Source: Myxococcota bacterium (GTDB lineage: Bacteria; Myxococcota_A; UBA9160; UBA4427). Taken from it: a stretch of DNA of 64,000 nt. The DNA lies in NCBI GenBank assembly GCA_965250285.1, contig OZ252299.1:1760001-1824000 (forward strand), written 5' to 3'. Numbering within the stretch: the stretch's first letter is position 1; every line of letters begins with the position of its first letter. The notes under the pieces are model-generated. The model was not told where the DNA came from. It made no database searches and saw only the letters and a list, made by a program, of their open reading frames with translations. Position numbers and translations under genes: made by a program. Positions 19,889 to 29,505 of the stretch are shown here, in pieces.

Positions 19889-20167
19889 TCAGTCGTCGTC
19901 GTCCCCACCGTCGTCGTCGCCCCCGGAGACCCAGCCCGGCGCCTGTGTCCCCGCCCAGAACGGGGTGGTGACGACCATGGCCGGGAACGAGATGAGCGCG
20001 GCGAAGGGCACCTCCCACCACGGCCGCTGCGGCAGCTCACGCACCCAGAGCCCCCAGAAATCGTCTGCCTGCGCGACGCCCGGCGTCGCCCATACGAGCG
20101 AGAGGGCCATACACGCGACGGCGAATGTGCGGCGTAGACGGGAAGCCTGGCGGCGGGGCGCGAACAT
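19889..20167 (-). CDS. Small exported/membrane hypothetical protein
   Basis: GGAG RBS; signal peptide ending AQA; Trp-rich hydrophobic core; acidic tail. Confidence 0.55.
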   Translation of the reverse strand: MFAPRRQASRLRRTFAVACMALSLVWATPGVAQADDFWGLWVRELPQRPWWEVPFAALISFPAMVVTTPFWAGTQAPGWVSGGDDDGGDDDD

Positions 20168-20349
20168 GGATGCTCCTGCTGGATCGATGACCCGGTGATT
20201 TCACTCTACACCGTCGGCGCTTCCGCGGGGAGATGCATTTCGAGCGCGAGCCCGCGGCGGATCCGCGGTCGATCGGGTCGGCGCGCCTCGGCCTCCGCTG
20301 CGCGTCGACCCGGACCGGCCCCGCGCGACCCAGCGCAGGCTCGCCGGTC

Positions 20350-20391
20350 AAAAAAAAGGCCGGCGCGGACGAGTCGGGCTTTCGCACGGCC
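20350..20391 (-). terminator. Intrinsic-terminator-like hairpin plus U8 tract
   Basis: Minus strand reads GGCCGTGCG...CGCGCCGGCC followed by T8. Confidence 0.5.
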
Positions 20392-20588
20392 GGCGGGGCT
20401 CTGCACGCCTGTTTGCCGGCCGGTGACCGCCCAATGGACTGCGCGGCCGGCGGCCGATGTGCGATATCCCCCACGCCCCGGCCACTCCCTATCGGGCGCC
20501 CCCGCCTCATCTTGCGGGTGTGCCCGGCCCGTCCTCGCCACCCCCGCGGCGGCGCGCCCACTCGCACCGCAGCCACGGAGCTCGATCC

Positions 20589-21095
20589 ATGACGTTCCCC
20601 CATCGCTTCACCCTTTCGCTGATCGCCTTGCTCGCCTTCGTCTCGCCGGCGTGGGCCGACGATGCGCCGCCGCTGCAGCTCGGCAGCGAACATCTGGGCA
20701 TGACCTCAGAGGGGCTCGCCGACGTCGAGCGCCACGCCGAGACCGACCACGTCGTCGATCAAGCCATCGAGAAGTCGGAGTGGACGGACGAGGATCTCGC
20801 TGAAGAGGGCTTCATCGCCGACGATCGCGCCTGCGAATGCCCGGCCCCCCCGACGGCCGAAGCCACGCCCGCCGCCGCACCGATGACCGTGCAGGCGGAC
20901 GGCGTGACCGACTACAACTCGTGCGTCGAGGTCGCGATTCGGTCGGGCAATGGCTTCAAGCCGTCGTCGGCGGTCTGCCAGGCGCTCTTCCCTGATCCGC
21001 CCGAAGCCGCGGCCGCGGGCGATGCGGCGCCGGGCGCGGCACAGACGGCGACGGCGCGCACGCCAGGCGTGTCGGCCTCGCGCACGACCTACTAG
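20589..21095 (+). CDS. Secreted hypothetical protein
   Basis: GGAG RBS; signal peptide ending PAWA; acidic region; four Cys. Confidence 0.65.
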   Translation: MTFPHRFTLSLIALLAFVSPAWADDAPPLQLGSEHLGMTSEGLADVERHAETDHVVDQAIEKSEWTDEDLAEEGFIADDRACECPAPPTAEATPAAAPMTVQADGVTDYNSCVEVAIRSGNGFKPSSAVCQALFPDPPEAAAAGDAAPGAAQTATARTPGVSASRTTY

Positions 21096-21192
21096 CCCCA
21101 CCGCCGACGCTGTCCCGATCTCGGCGGCTGGAGATCGGGGCGATCCAGCCTCGCTCGCGGCGGTGCCCCGAGCGCCCTGCTAGAACTCGGGC

Positions 21193-22071
21193 ATGGCCAT
21201 GTCCGCATCCAGATCCTGGGGCGCGATCGCGCTCATCCTCGTCATCGGCGCCGCCATCGCGTGGGCTGGGAGTCAATCGGGCCGGACGTTCGCGGGGCTC
21301 CCGATCTTTGCCCTCTGCGGCGCGTTCGCGTTCGTGCTCAACTGGCTGGTCTTCATCCCCTCGAACGCGATGCAGACCGAGCACTACTTCGATCTGACCG
21401 GCAGCCTCACGTACCTCTCGGTGGTGCTGCTCGCGCTCGGATTGGGGGGCGCCAGCGATCCCCGCGCCTGGCTCGTCGGCACGATGGTCGCTCTCTGGGC
21501 GGCCCGGCTCGGCACGTTCCTGTTCATTCGCGTCAAGAAGGACGGCTCGGACACGCGCTTCGACGACATCAAGCCCGACTTCCCGCGCTTCTTGATGACC
21601 TGGACGCTGCAGGGTCTGTGGGTCTTTCTGACGATCGCGTGCGGCCTGGCCGCGATGACGACCGCAGCGCCTCGGCCGCTCGGCTTCGTCGCGTTCGTCG
21701 GCTTCGCGCTCTGGGCGGTGGGCTTCAGCGTCGAGGTTCTCGCCGACGCGCAGAAGCGCGCGTTCCGCCGCGATCCGGCCAACGCCGGGCGCTTCATCAC
21801 GACTGGGCTCTGGGCCTGGTCGCGTCACCCGAACTACTTCGGCGAGATCTTGCTGTGGGTGGGCGTCGCCGTGACCGCGCTGCCGGTGCTGCAGGGCTGG
21901 CAGTTCGTCACGCTGATTTCGCCTGTCTTCGTCTATCTGCTGCTCACCCGCATCAGCGGTGTGCCGATGCTCGAGTCGGCCGGCAAGAAGCGGTGGGGCG
22001 ACGATGCCGAGTACCAGGCCTACAAGGCCCGCACGCCCGTGCTCTGGCCGCGGCCGCCTCGCGCGGGCTGA
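21193..22071 (+). CDS. DUF1295 / steroid 5-alpha-reductase-like membrane protein
   Basis: YFDLTGS, DTRFD, ADAQK..F, GLWAWSRHPNYFGE, SGVPMLE. Confidence 0.9.
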   Translation: MAMSASRSWGAIALILVIGAAIAWAGSQSGRTFAGLPIFALCGAFAFVLNWLVFIPSNAMQTEHYFDLTGSLTYLSVVLLALGLGGASDPRAWLVGTMVALWAARLGTFLFIRVKKDGSDTRFDDIKPDFPRFLMTWTLQGLWVFLTIACGLAAMTTAAPRPLGFVAFVGFALWAVGFSVEVLADAQKRAFRRDPANAGRFITTGLWAWSRHPNYFGEILLWVGVAVTALPVLQGWQFVTLISPVFVYLLLTRISGVPMLESAGKKRWGDDAEYQAYKARTPVLWPRPPRAG

Positions 22072-22128
22072 ACGGCCGAGATCGGTCGCCGAAGCCCCAG
22101 CGACGAGCGGCGAGGGTTTCGAGCTCGA

Positions 22129-22986
22129 TCAGACGATCTTCGCGCCGAGATCCACTGGCATCAGCGCGTCGCCGACCACCTCGCGGCCGTCGAGACTGCG
22201 CACCGCGCGCCCGACTGCGTTCAGCAGCGGCCGACTCGTCGTGACCTGCGAGACGTGCGATCCGGTGACGAGTTCGATGGCCGCTTCGACCATGACCTCC
22301 ATGGGCTCGGCCATGTCGGGCCGACGCTCGGCGATGTGCCCGACGAAGCGCGCCGTCTCCTGCGTGAGCACGATCGCCACGGGCGCGAGCGCGTTGACGT
22401 AGACGCCGTCACCCGCCACCTCGAGCGCGAGCCCGTTGGTGTAGCGGTCGAGAGCGGCCTTGCTCGCGCCGTACGCGACGATCGCGTGGGCCGCCTCGGG
22501 CGTGTCGGGGAACGGCACCGTCGCGTGCCGCGCCGAGTCGCTCGTGATGTTCAGGATCCAGCCGCGCCCGCGAGCCCGCATGCCGGGCAGCACCTGCTGG
22601 CACAGGTCGACCGGAGCGTTGTAGTTGACCTCGAGCATCTTGCGTCGATCTGCGAGGGACGATCCCGAAGGCATGTCCCAACGCGCCATGGCCGCGTTGT
22701 TCACCAGTACGTCGATCGGGCCGAAATGCGCCTCGGCGCGGGCGACGAGGTCGGCGCGCGCCGCCTCGTCGACGAGATTCGCGACCTCGGTCGCCGCCTG
22801 GCCGCCCGCCTTCTGGATCATCTCGGCGGCGTCCTCGAGCGTGCCGTCGAGGTCGCCGTGGGTCCCGAGTCGGGATGCGGACAGCACGACTGAGGCGCCC
22901 TCGGCCGCCAGCCGCTGCGCGATGGCCCGGCCGATGCCTCGACTCGCTCCCGTCACCAGCGCGACGCGCCCATCACACTCACCCAT
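22129..22986 (-). CDS. Short-chain dehydrogenase/reductase
   Basis: TGASRGIG, VLVNNA, YGASK. Confidence 0.9.
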   Translation of the reverse strand: MGECDGRVALVTGASRGIGRAIAQRLAAEGASVVLSASRLGTHGDLDGTLEDAAEMIQKAGGQAATEVANLVDEAARADLVARAEAHFGPIDVLVNNAAMARWDMPSGSSLADRRKMLEVNYNAPVDLCQQVLPGMRARGRGWILNITSDSARHATVPFPDTPEAAHAIVAYGASKAALDRYTNGLALEVAGDGVYVNALAPVAIVLTQETARFVGHIAERRPDMAEPMEVMVEAAIELVTGSHVSQVTTSRPLLNAVGRAVRSLDGREVVGDALMPVDLGAKIV

Positions 22987-23058
22987 CGATCGATCCTCCG
23001 CTGATCGAACCGACCGTAGCCCGAATGCAGACGCGTGCGACCGCCCTACACTCGTCAC

Positions 23059-23796
23059 GTGTTCTCCCTCGTCGGCGTGACCAAACGCTATGGCGACCTC
23101 GTCGCGCTGCACCCCCTCGACCTCGACGTGCCCGTCGGGCGCACGCTCGCGCTGATCGGTGAGAGCGGCAGCGGCAAGTCGACGCTCCTCCGGCTGATGA
23201 TCGGGCTCGAGCGCCCCGACGCCGGCGAAGTGCGCTTCGATGGCCGCCGGGTCGAGCCGCCCGACTTCCAGGCGTTGCGCCCCCACGTCGGGTACGTGAT
23301 TCAGGAAGGCGGCCTCTTCCCGCACCTCACCGCACGCCGGAACGCATCGATCCTCGCGAGCCATCTCGGCTGGGACAGCGCGCGCTGCGAAGATCGACTG
23401 CGCGCGCTCTGTGAGCTCACCCGGCTGTCGCCCGACCTGCTCGATCGCTATCCGAGCGAGCTCTCGGGGGGGCAGCGACAGCGCGTCGCGTTGATGCGTG
23501 CGCTGGTGCTCGACCCCGACGTCGTTCTGCTCGACGAGCCGCTCGGTGCACTCGACCCGATCATCCGCTTCGAGCTGCAGGACGAGCTCGCAGAGATCTT
23601 CGAGCGTCTCGGCAAGAGCGTCGTGCTGGTCACCCACGATCTGGCCGAAGCGGCCTATCTCGGCCACGAGCTCGTGCTGCTTCACGAAGGCCGCATCGTG
23701 CAGCGCGGGGGCCTGAGCGACCTGGTCGAGCGGCCCGCGAACGACTACGCCGCGCGCTTCGTTGCCGCGCGGCGTGCAGTGCCGGGGCTCCGATGA
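23059..23796 (+). CDS. Osmoprotectant ABC transporter ATP-binding subunit
   Basis: GESGSGKS, GYVIQEGGLFPH, LSGGQRQR, LLDEPLGALD. Confidence 0.9.
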   Translation: MFSLVGVTKRYGDLVALHPLDLDVPVGRTLALIGESGSGKSTLLRLMIGLERPDAGEVRFDGRRVEPPDFQALRPHVGYVIQEGGLFPHLTARRNASILASHLGWDSARCEDRLRALCELTRLSPDLLDRYPSELSGGQRQRVALMRALVLDPDVVLLDEPLGALDPIIRFELQDELAEIFERLGKSVVLVTHDLAEAAYLGHELVLLHEGRIVQRGGLSDLVERPANDYAARFVAARRAVPGLR

Positions 23797-25289
23797 AGCG
23801 CGGGCAACGACTCCGACTGCTCGCCTGCGTGCTGGGGCTGCTCTCGTCGGGCCTCGGCCTGGCGGCCGCGCGGGCCGAGGCGCCGCCGGCGATCGCCTCG
23901 AAGACCTTCACCGAGTCGGTGATCCTCGCCGAGCTCCTGCGCGTCGCCGCTGCCGAGCAAGGGCTGGATGTCACGCATCGTGACCAGCTGGGCGGCTCTC
24001 GCATCTGCTTCGAGGCGCTCCAGCGGGGCGACATCGTCGCCTATCCCGAGTACACGGGGACGCTCATCTACGAGCTGCTCGGGTACGATGCAGCCGCCCC
24101 GCCTTCGCACGAGACCCTCGAAGCCGACCTTGCTGACCGCGGTCTGGTGCTGGCGCCGCCGATCGGGTTCGACAACACCTACGCGATCGGCGTGCGCCGC
24201 GCGCTCGCCGAACGTCTGGGACTCGAACGCATCTCTGATCTCGCTGCGCACCCCGAGCTGCGCTGGGGTGTTTCGAACGAGTTCCTCGAGCGGGGCGACG
24301 GCTATCCCGGCCTCGCGCGTCGCTATGGCCTGGCGCCCGAGTGGATCCGCGGCATGGAGCACGATCTCGCCTATCGCGCGCTGGTCGACGATGCGATCCA
24401 GGTGATCGACCTCTACAGCACCGATGCCGACATCGAGTACTACGACCTCGTCGCGCTCGAGGACGACCGCGACTACTTCCCGAGCTATGAGGCCGTGTGG
24501 CTGCGCCGCGCCGATCTCGAGACTCAGGACCCGCAGCTGGTCGACGTGATCGAGTCGTTCTCGGGACGCATCGATGCGCCGGCGATGATCGGAATGAACG
24601 CGCGGGCCAAGATCGATGGGCTGAGCGAAGAAGCGGTCGCGCGCGAGTTTCTCGGGGTCGCCCCCGCCGAGCAGCAGGCGGGAGCGATCCAGCGGATCGC
24701 CCAGCGCACCGTCGAGCATCTGACGCTGGTTGCGATCTCGCTCGGCGCGGCCATTCTGGTCGCGCTGCCGCTCGGCATTCAGGCCGCGCGCTCCCCGCGT
24801 ATGGGCCAGGTCGTGCTCGCGACGACGGGCGTTCTGCAGACGATGCCGTCCCTCGCGCTCTTCGTGCTGCTCATTCCGATCTTCGGCATCGGCGCCGCGC
24901 CCGCGATCGCCGCGCTGTTCCTCTACAGCCTGTTGCCGATCGTGCGCAACACCCACGCCGGGCTGGTCGACATCCCGCGGCCGCTGCGCGAGAGCGCCAT
25001 CGCGATGGGGCTGCCCGAAGGGGCGCGGCTGCGGCTGATCGAGCTCCCGCTCGCACGCCGCTCGATTCTCGCCGGGATCAAGACCGCCGCCGTGATCAAT
25101 GTGGGCACGGCGACGCTCGGCGCATTGATCGGCGCGGGCGGCTACGGCCAGCCGATCCTCACCGGCATTCGGCGCGACGACTTCGGGCTCATTCTCGAAG
25201 GTGCCGTGCCGGCGGCTGTGCTCGCCCTGCTCGTCCAGGCGTTCTTCGATGCGATCGAGCGAGCGTTTACGCCGCGGGGCATGCGGTAG
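23793..25289 (+). CDS. Fused substrate-binding/permease subunit of a glycine betaine/choline-type ABC transporter
   Basis: ASKTFTES, YPEYTGT, GFDNTY and YSTD (binding domain) followed by permease QTMPSLAL, ESAIAMG and IGAGGYG. Confidence 0.88.
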   Translation: MKRGQRLRLLACVLGLLSSGLGLAAARAEAPPAIASKTFTESVILAELLRVAAAEQGLDVTHRDQLGGSRICFEALQRGDIVAYPEYTGTLIYELLGYDAAAPPSHETLEADLADRGLVLAPPIGFDNTYAIGVRRALAERLGLERISDLAAHPELRWGVSNEFLERGDGYPGLARRYGLAPEWIRGMEHDLAYRALVDDAIQVIDLYSTDADIEYYDLVALEDDRDYFPSYEAVWLRRADLETQDPQLVDVIESFSGRIDAPAMIGMNARAKIDGLSEEAVAREFLGVAPAEQQAGAIQRIAQRTVEHLTLVAISLGAAILVALPLGIQAARSPRMGQVVLATTGVLQTMPSLALFVLLIPIFGIGAAPAIAALFLYSLLPIVRNTHAGLVDIPRPLRESAIAMGLPEGARLRLIELPLARRSILAGIKTAAVINVGTATLGALIGAGGYGQPILTGIRRDDFGLILEGAVPAAVLALLVQAFFDAIERAFTPRGMR

Positions 25290-25335
25290 ACTGCGCCGCC
25301 GGGGCGCCGCCCCATGTTCACGAGGAGGAACCGCC

Positions 25336-26022
25336 ATGGAGAAGCTGGTCTACGTCCTGCAGAACCCCGAAGGTGCAGACGGCACGGCCTTGCGCGAACG
25401 GCTCGTGGGCGACGTCGCCGCGTCAATCCGCAAGGCCGGCGGAAGCCAGATCGCGGTGAACGTGCACGACGAGCACGTAACCCATGGCGCCGGCGTTGCG
25501 ATCCACAACTGCGCCCCTCCCGTCAACGCCTGCGTGTCTTTCTGGATGCAGAGCGCCGACGATCGCGGCCTCGCCGAGGAGGCGATCGCGGCCTCGGGCG
25601 AACACGTGCACGGCTACCTCGTGGTCGAGTCGCGCCCGCTCGTCCACAGCCCGCCGATCGGGGAGCGCGCGCCCGGCGCCAACCTCGTCACGTGCATCAC
25701 GCGCAAGGCGGGGCTCGACGACGAGACGTTCTTCGATCTCTGGAACAATGAGCACCGGCAGGTGGCTTGCGAGACGCAATCGACGACCGCCTATGTGCGC
25801 AACGCCATTGCGCGCCCGATCACCCCGGGCGCCCTGGCCTTCGACGGCATCGTCGAAGAGACGTTCCCGATCGAAGCCCTGACGGATCCGCACGTCTGGT
25901 ACGACTGCGACGACGCCGAGGAATATCAGGCGCGGCTGCAGCGCATGGTCGCGAGCGTGACGGCGTTTCTCGATCTCTCCGTGATCGAGTCGGTCCCGAT
26001 GTCCGAGTACTACCTGGGCTGA
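25336..26022 (+). CDS. EthD-domain protein
   Basis: GAGGAGG RBS; RKAGLDDETFFDLWNNEH..YVRN..FDGIVEE. Confidence 0.7.
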   Translation: MEKLVYVLQNPEGADGTALRERLVGDVAASIRKAGGSQIAVNVHDEHVTHGAGVAIHNCAPPVNACVSFWMQSADDRGLAEEAIAASGEHVHGYLVVESRPLVHSPPIGERAPGANLVTCITRKAGLDDETFFDLWNNEHRQVACETQSTTAYVRNAIARPITPGALAFDGIVEETFPIEALTDPHVWYDCDDAEEYQARLQRMVASVTAFLDLSVIESVPMSEYYLG

Positions 26023-26058
26023 TCGCGGGCCGAACCCACTCTCGAGCTGGCTCGTGAG

Positions 26059-26964
26059 CTAGAGCTTGCTGGCCAGATAGTCGAGCGTGCGCGCGTCGGC
26101 GCCATCTTCGGTGGCCATGATCGAGGCGTCGAAGTCGGTGACACCGGCGTCGACCAGGCGTTGAATGCCCTCGTCGAGGGCCTTTTCGTCCCCGACGATC
26201 GCGACATCGGCGGGGCCCCCCGCCCCCTCCTTGTCGAGCATGGCCCGATACGAGGGCAGCTGGCCGTACATCACGAGCATCTTCCCGATCTTTTCGCGCG
26301 CGGCATCCGGATCGTTCGTGAGCACGATGGGCAGACCACAGACGATGCGCGGGTCGGGGCGACCCGCCCGCTTCGCGGCGTCTCGCAGCTTCGGCCCGAT
26401 ATGCGACGCGACGGTCTCGGGGCCGGTCATCCACAGAATCGTGCCCGCGGTCTGGGAGCCCGCCAGCTCGAGCATGCGGTCGCCGAGTGCGGCGAGCACG
26501 ATCGGCACCTCGGGCACCCCCTTGAACTCGAGTGCGCCGTTCACGCGATACTGCTCGCCCTCGAAGGCCACCGGCTCGCCGCGCAGGAGCGGGCCGAGCA
26601 CGGCGAGGTATTCGCGCATGTGGCGCGCCGGCTTGTCGTACGAGAGGCCCATCATGTTCTCGATCACGATCTTGTGCGAGAGCCCCAGGCCGAGCACGAA
26701 GCGCCCGTCCGATGCCGCTTGCGCCGTCATGCACTGCTGGCCGATCGCCATCGGGTGCCGCGGGTAGCTCGGCACGACGGCGGTCCCGAGCTCGATGCGC
26801 TCGGTCTCGCGCCCGACGAGCGCCAGCGTCGTGATCGCGTCGAGGCCGAAGATGTTGGCCATCCACATCGAGTGAAAGCCACGTGCCTCGAGATCCTGGG
26901 CGCGGTTCACGAGATCGTCGATGCCGCCGTCGGGTCCGGCTCCGAACATGATGCCGATTCGCAT
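26059..26964 (-). CDS. LLM-class (probably F420-dependent) oxidoreductase
   Basis: GFHSMW, IELGTAVVPSYPRHP, RFVLGLGLSH, MREYL, AALGDRML. Confidence 0.88.
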   Translation of the reverse strand: MRIGIMFGAGPDGGIDDLVNRAQDLEARGFHSMWMANIFGLDAITTLALVGRETERIELGTAVVPSYPRHPMAIGQQCMTAQAASDGRFVLGLGLSHKIVIENMMGLSYDKPARHMREYLAVLGPLLRGEPVAFEGEQYRVNGALEFKGVPEVPIVLAALGDRMLELAGSQTAGTILWMTGPETVASHIGPKLRDAAKRAGRPDPRIVCGLPIVLTNDPDAAREKIGKMLVMYGQLPSYRAMLDKEGAGGPADVAIVGDEKALDEGIQRLVDAGVTDFDASIMATEDGADARTLDYLASKL

Positions 26965-27155
26965 GGGTGTGCTCCTGAGCGCATGAAGATGAGAGTTCGG
27001 GTCGGGGCGTGAGTGTGTCACTGCCCGTCTGGGTCGTCGACCCGCCCGCATCGGCCGCCGCTGCGGGCGGGCTGCCGGTGGGCTGCCGGTGGTCGGGGAT
27101 CTACGTCACCCAATCGGGGGTTTTCGCCACTCACGTTCACCGCGAAGCCCGACCC

Positions 27156-28535
27156 ATGGCAGACGCAGGAGTTTCGATGGCCATCCAGAACTGGATCCGC
27201 TGCCACTGGCGGAACGGACGACAGGTTCTTCACGACGTGCCCGAAGCGTGGCACGAAGAGATCGAGGCCCACCTCAAGCGGCACCGAGGGCGGGCGCGCG
27301 ACCTGGGCATGGTGCGCACGGCGAGTCTCAGCTCGGTCGACATTGCGTGGGTCGAGTGCGACGTGCCCCTGGGCTCGCCCGAGGGCGACCTGACGTACCG
27401 GCGCGCACGAGCCGTCCACGCGCTGGTGCGACCCCACGATCACAGTGGCGGCTGGTCGCGGCAGGAGGCTGAGTCGCTGCTGCACCGGCACTACGGCGAG
27501 GCCATCGACAAGGGCATCGCCAGTCAGCACCGAGTGCTCTCCCAGCTCTCGCACCCGGAGGATCTCCCGCACGCCGCCGGCCTGTTCGTCGGGGCCGACG
27601 AGGCGCTGCCGTCCGAGATCGAGCGGCGCGGCGGCAATGCGCACGACCCGGCACGCACCCTCGGCTACGCGCAGCGCCACCTGGTCGATGCGTGGGAAGA
27701 ATGGGTGGCCGCGGGGCGAAATGCCGCTCGTTCTGACCACTCGACCCACGGTGCCGAGTTCGCAAAGACGCGTCCGAACCTCGATGCGATCGCAATCGCG
27801 GCCGAGTCGTCCGGTCCCGCAGCCGCGACGGCAGACGCCGAGCCGGCGGCTGCCACGCCGACACTCGCCCCGGGCGAAGCCGGTTCGTTCGGCGTCGCCG
27901 GGGCAGTGTCGCGGGTCGCGAACGAACCCAGGCCCGACGTGCTCGATCCGGCTGGCTCGGGGATCGATCGGCCCGTCTCGCCGTTCGCCGAAGCGTCTGC
28001 GCCACGCCCGCCCCTCGCCGAGCCGATCGTCTCGACGCCAACCGACGTCGAGATGCATGCGCCGGCCGACTCGGCCCCCTCGCTCCCGCCGAACGACCCG
28101 ACCGTCTCGGCGCCAACCGACGTCGAGACGCATGCGCTCGCCGACACGGCCCCCTCGCTCCCTCCGATCGAGCCGGTTGTCTCGGCGCCAACCGACGTCG
28201 AGATGCATGCGGTCGCCGACACGGCGCCCTCGCTCCCTCCGATCGAGCCGGCGGCGCCGTTCGCCCCGGACGCGCACGCCGAGGCGGAGGCCCCCGACGC
28301 GCGCAGGATCGACCCGCTCCCGCCGCTGCCGCCCATGTCACGGCCGCCGGTCGACCGCACCCCTTCGCCCGGCGCGACGACCGAGCCACAAACCGTGTCG
28401 TCGCCGGCCGAGCCGACGACGCGTCACGACGATCTCTTCGACCTCTCGTCGTCGGGCCACCACCGGCCCGATGCGCCCCAGAGCTCGCTCTCGGGGCTGC
28501 TCGGCCCCTCGCACACGCCGTCGTCCGAGGACTGA
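27156..28535 (+). CDS. Hypothetical protein: globular N-terminus plus Pro/Ala-rich repeat tail
   Basis: Long ORF filling the gap; complex N-terminal ~200 aa followed by low-complexity sequence; start uncertain. Confidence 0.6.
   Translation: MADAGVSMAIQNWIRCHWRNGRQVLHDVPEAWHEEIEAHLKRHRGRARDLGMVRTASLSSVDIAWVECDVPLGSPEGDLTYRRARAVHALVRPHDHSGGWSRQEAESLLHRHYGEAIDKGIASQHRVLSQLSHPEDLPHAAGLFVGADEALPSEIERRGGNAHDPARTLGYAQRHLVDAWEEWVAAGRNAARSDHSTHGAEFAKTRPNLDAIAIAAESSGPAAATADAEPAAATPTLAPGEAGSFGVAGAVSRVANEPRPDVLDPAGSGIDRPVSPFAEASAPRPPLAEPIVSTPTDVEMHAPADSAPSLPPNDPTVSAPTDVETHALADTAPSLPPIEPVVSAPTDVEMHAVADTAPSLPPIEPAAPFAPDAHAEAEAPDARRIDPLPPLPPMSRPPVDRTPSPGATTEPQTVSSPAEPTTRHDDLFDLSSSGHHRPDAPQSSLSGLLGPSHTPSSED
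28020..28250 (+). repeat. In-frame tandem repeat, 3 x 75 bp (25 aa)
   Basis: GTCTCGRCGCCAACCGACGTCGAG at 28029, 28104 and 28179; encodes VSxPTDVExHAxADxAPSLPP. Confidence 0.9.
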
Positions 28536-28557
28536 ACGCGGATCGGCGCCGACCGAT

Positions 28558-29358
28558 TCAGACCCAGCCCTTCGCCTTCTCGATCGTGCGCGCGAGCCAC
28601 TGGATCTTCTGCTTTCGAAACAGAAATCCACCGAGGAAGACGATCGGCACCATCCCCCAGCCGAGTCGGTGGAGCGGCGGGTCGGCGAGCAGCGCTTTTT
28701 CGAGCTTCGGCGCATGCGAGAGCGCCTTGTGGTGGATCGTCATCGCGTACTGCGGAAGCGCCGAATACGGCAATAGGTTCACGCGCAGATCCGGGCAGAG
28801 CCGCAGCGCTTCCCAGTAGCAGAACTCGTCGCGCACGCGACCGTCCTCCATCCGCCGGTCGCGTCGCATCATCAGCGCGTGCCATGCCTTGGCGAACCGC
28901 CTGTACCGCTCCGTATTGCGGATCGCCAGCAGACCGTTCCAAGGTGCGCGGGTCTGGGTGTAGTAGAGGCTCACCAGATCAGAGTTCGACAGCTCGAGGA
29001 TGTCGACGAGTTGGGTGAGCTTCGCGCGCACGAACAGGGTCGCATCGAGATACAGAAAGTAGTCGTAGCCCTGCTGCTGCAGAGGGTGAATCCAGAGCTG
29101 CTTGTAGCGCCGGTTCTCTTCGCGGCCATCCTCGACCGGGCCGACGTAGACGACGCGCCACGTCTTCGACGTCAGATTCGGGTCGTCGGTGAAGCAGTAG
29201 TAGTCGACGCCCTCCTCGACGAGGGCCGCCGGGATGTCCTTCAGGTAGTCCCAGTCCTTGAAGACCGTCGTGAAACAGCAGATTCGCCGCGCTTTCGAGG
29301 GAGTCGCTTGACCGAGCTCGCCGAGCTGCATCTGCGACGGTGACCGTAGGTTGTCCAT
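28558..29358 (-). CDS. DUF616 (TOD1/MUCI70-like) glycosyltransferase-like protein
   Basis: FTTVFKDWD, VDYYCFTDD, WRVV, RRYK..H, YDYFLYLD; C-terminal TM. Confidence 0.6.
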   Translation of the reverse strand: MDNLRSPSQMQLGELGQATPSKARRICCFTTVFKDWDYLKDIPAALVEEGVDYYCFTDDPNLTSKTWRVVYVGPVEDGREENRRYKQLWIHPLQQQGYDYFLYLDATLFVRAKLTQLVDILELSNSDLVSLYYTQTRAPWNGLLAIRNTERYRRFAKAWHALMMRRDRRMEDGRVRDEFCYWEALRLCPDLRVNLLPYSALPQYAMTIHHKALSHAPKLEKALLADPPLHRLGWGMVPIVFLGGFLFRKQKIQWLARTIEKAKGWV

Positions 29359-29505
29359 CGATCTTGTCCTGTACGGTGGGCGGGGCGCGTCGATGAAGGT
29401 GCAGACTCGCGCTGTGCATTTCCAGGGAATGCAGCGGGCGTAGAGACCCCTCTCCGCGTCCAGGAGTTCCGCACATGCCCGCCGGGGGGCATCGGGTGAG
29501 ATGCC

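Noticed and set aside
20375..20420. c-di-GMP-I riboswitch (minus strand GGCAAAC...GCGAAAGCC)
   Set aside because: The GNRA tetraloop stem and receptor are not evident; only a generic terminator is supportable without a covariance search
28020..28250. CRISPR array
   Set aside because: Units are contiguous near-identical 75-mers, in frame within a CDS, with no unique spacers and no cas genes
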